Both the position numbers and the translations under genes were made by a program. A DNA stretch of 24,556 bases from a virus (lineage: Duplodnaviria > Caudoviricetes). How positions within the stretch are numbered: the first letter of the stretch is position 1; the number at the start of each line of letters is the position of its first letter. The notes below the pieces were generated by a model, which was not told where the DNA came from, made no database searches, and saw nothing but the letters and a program-made list of their open reading frames with translations. Below, piece by piece: positions 24,460 to 24,556 of the stretch. The stretch is taken from IMG/VR virus record IMGVR_UViG_3300021091_000407, positions 1 to 24,556 of that record, one strand, 5' to 3'.

Positions 24460-24556
24460 CGGTCGTTGGGATACTTTTGTAGGTTAGGGGAGGTTTGGGT
24501 TTTTGGAAACCGCTTGGCGCCGCTAGTACCCCCGTACTACGTATAAAATACTGTCC

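Overview
This AT-rich window (roughly one third G+C by eye) comes from a T4-like myovirus, most plausibly a cyanomyovirus. All credible genes are on the minus strand and form a late virion/baseplate module. In transcription order they are: three small ORFs (two overlapping by 158 nt), a divergent PAAR/gp5.4-like spike-tip candidate, a 49-aa basic ORF missing from the ORF track, a 72-aa hypothetical, gp25, gp6, a 3365-aa gp7, gp8, a 2710-aa VrlC/DUF4815-type structural protein, a 73-aa coiled-coil protein, and the 5' end of a WxTAYSWGNH-repeat fibre gene that is also missing from the track. T4-type late promoter motifs (TATAAATA/ATAAATA/CTAAATA) precede the small-ORF cluster, gp25 and gp8. The most striking observation is three nested helical repeats in the C-terminal extension of gp7. 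They carry CxRD-x14-GG with the same spacing as the bilin-binding helix of phycocyanin/phycoerythrin alpha subunits, raising the hypothesis of a bilin-binding virion domain. Family assignments come from recognising motifs by eye, not from database searches.
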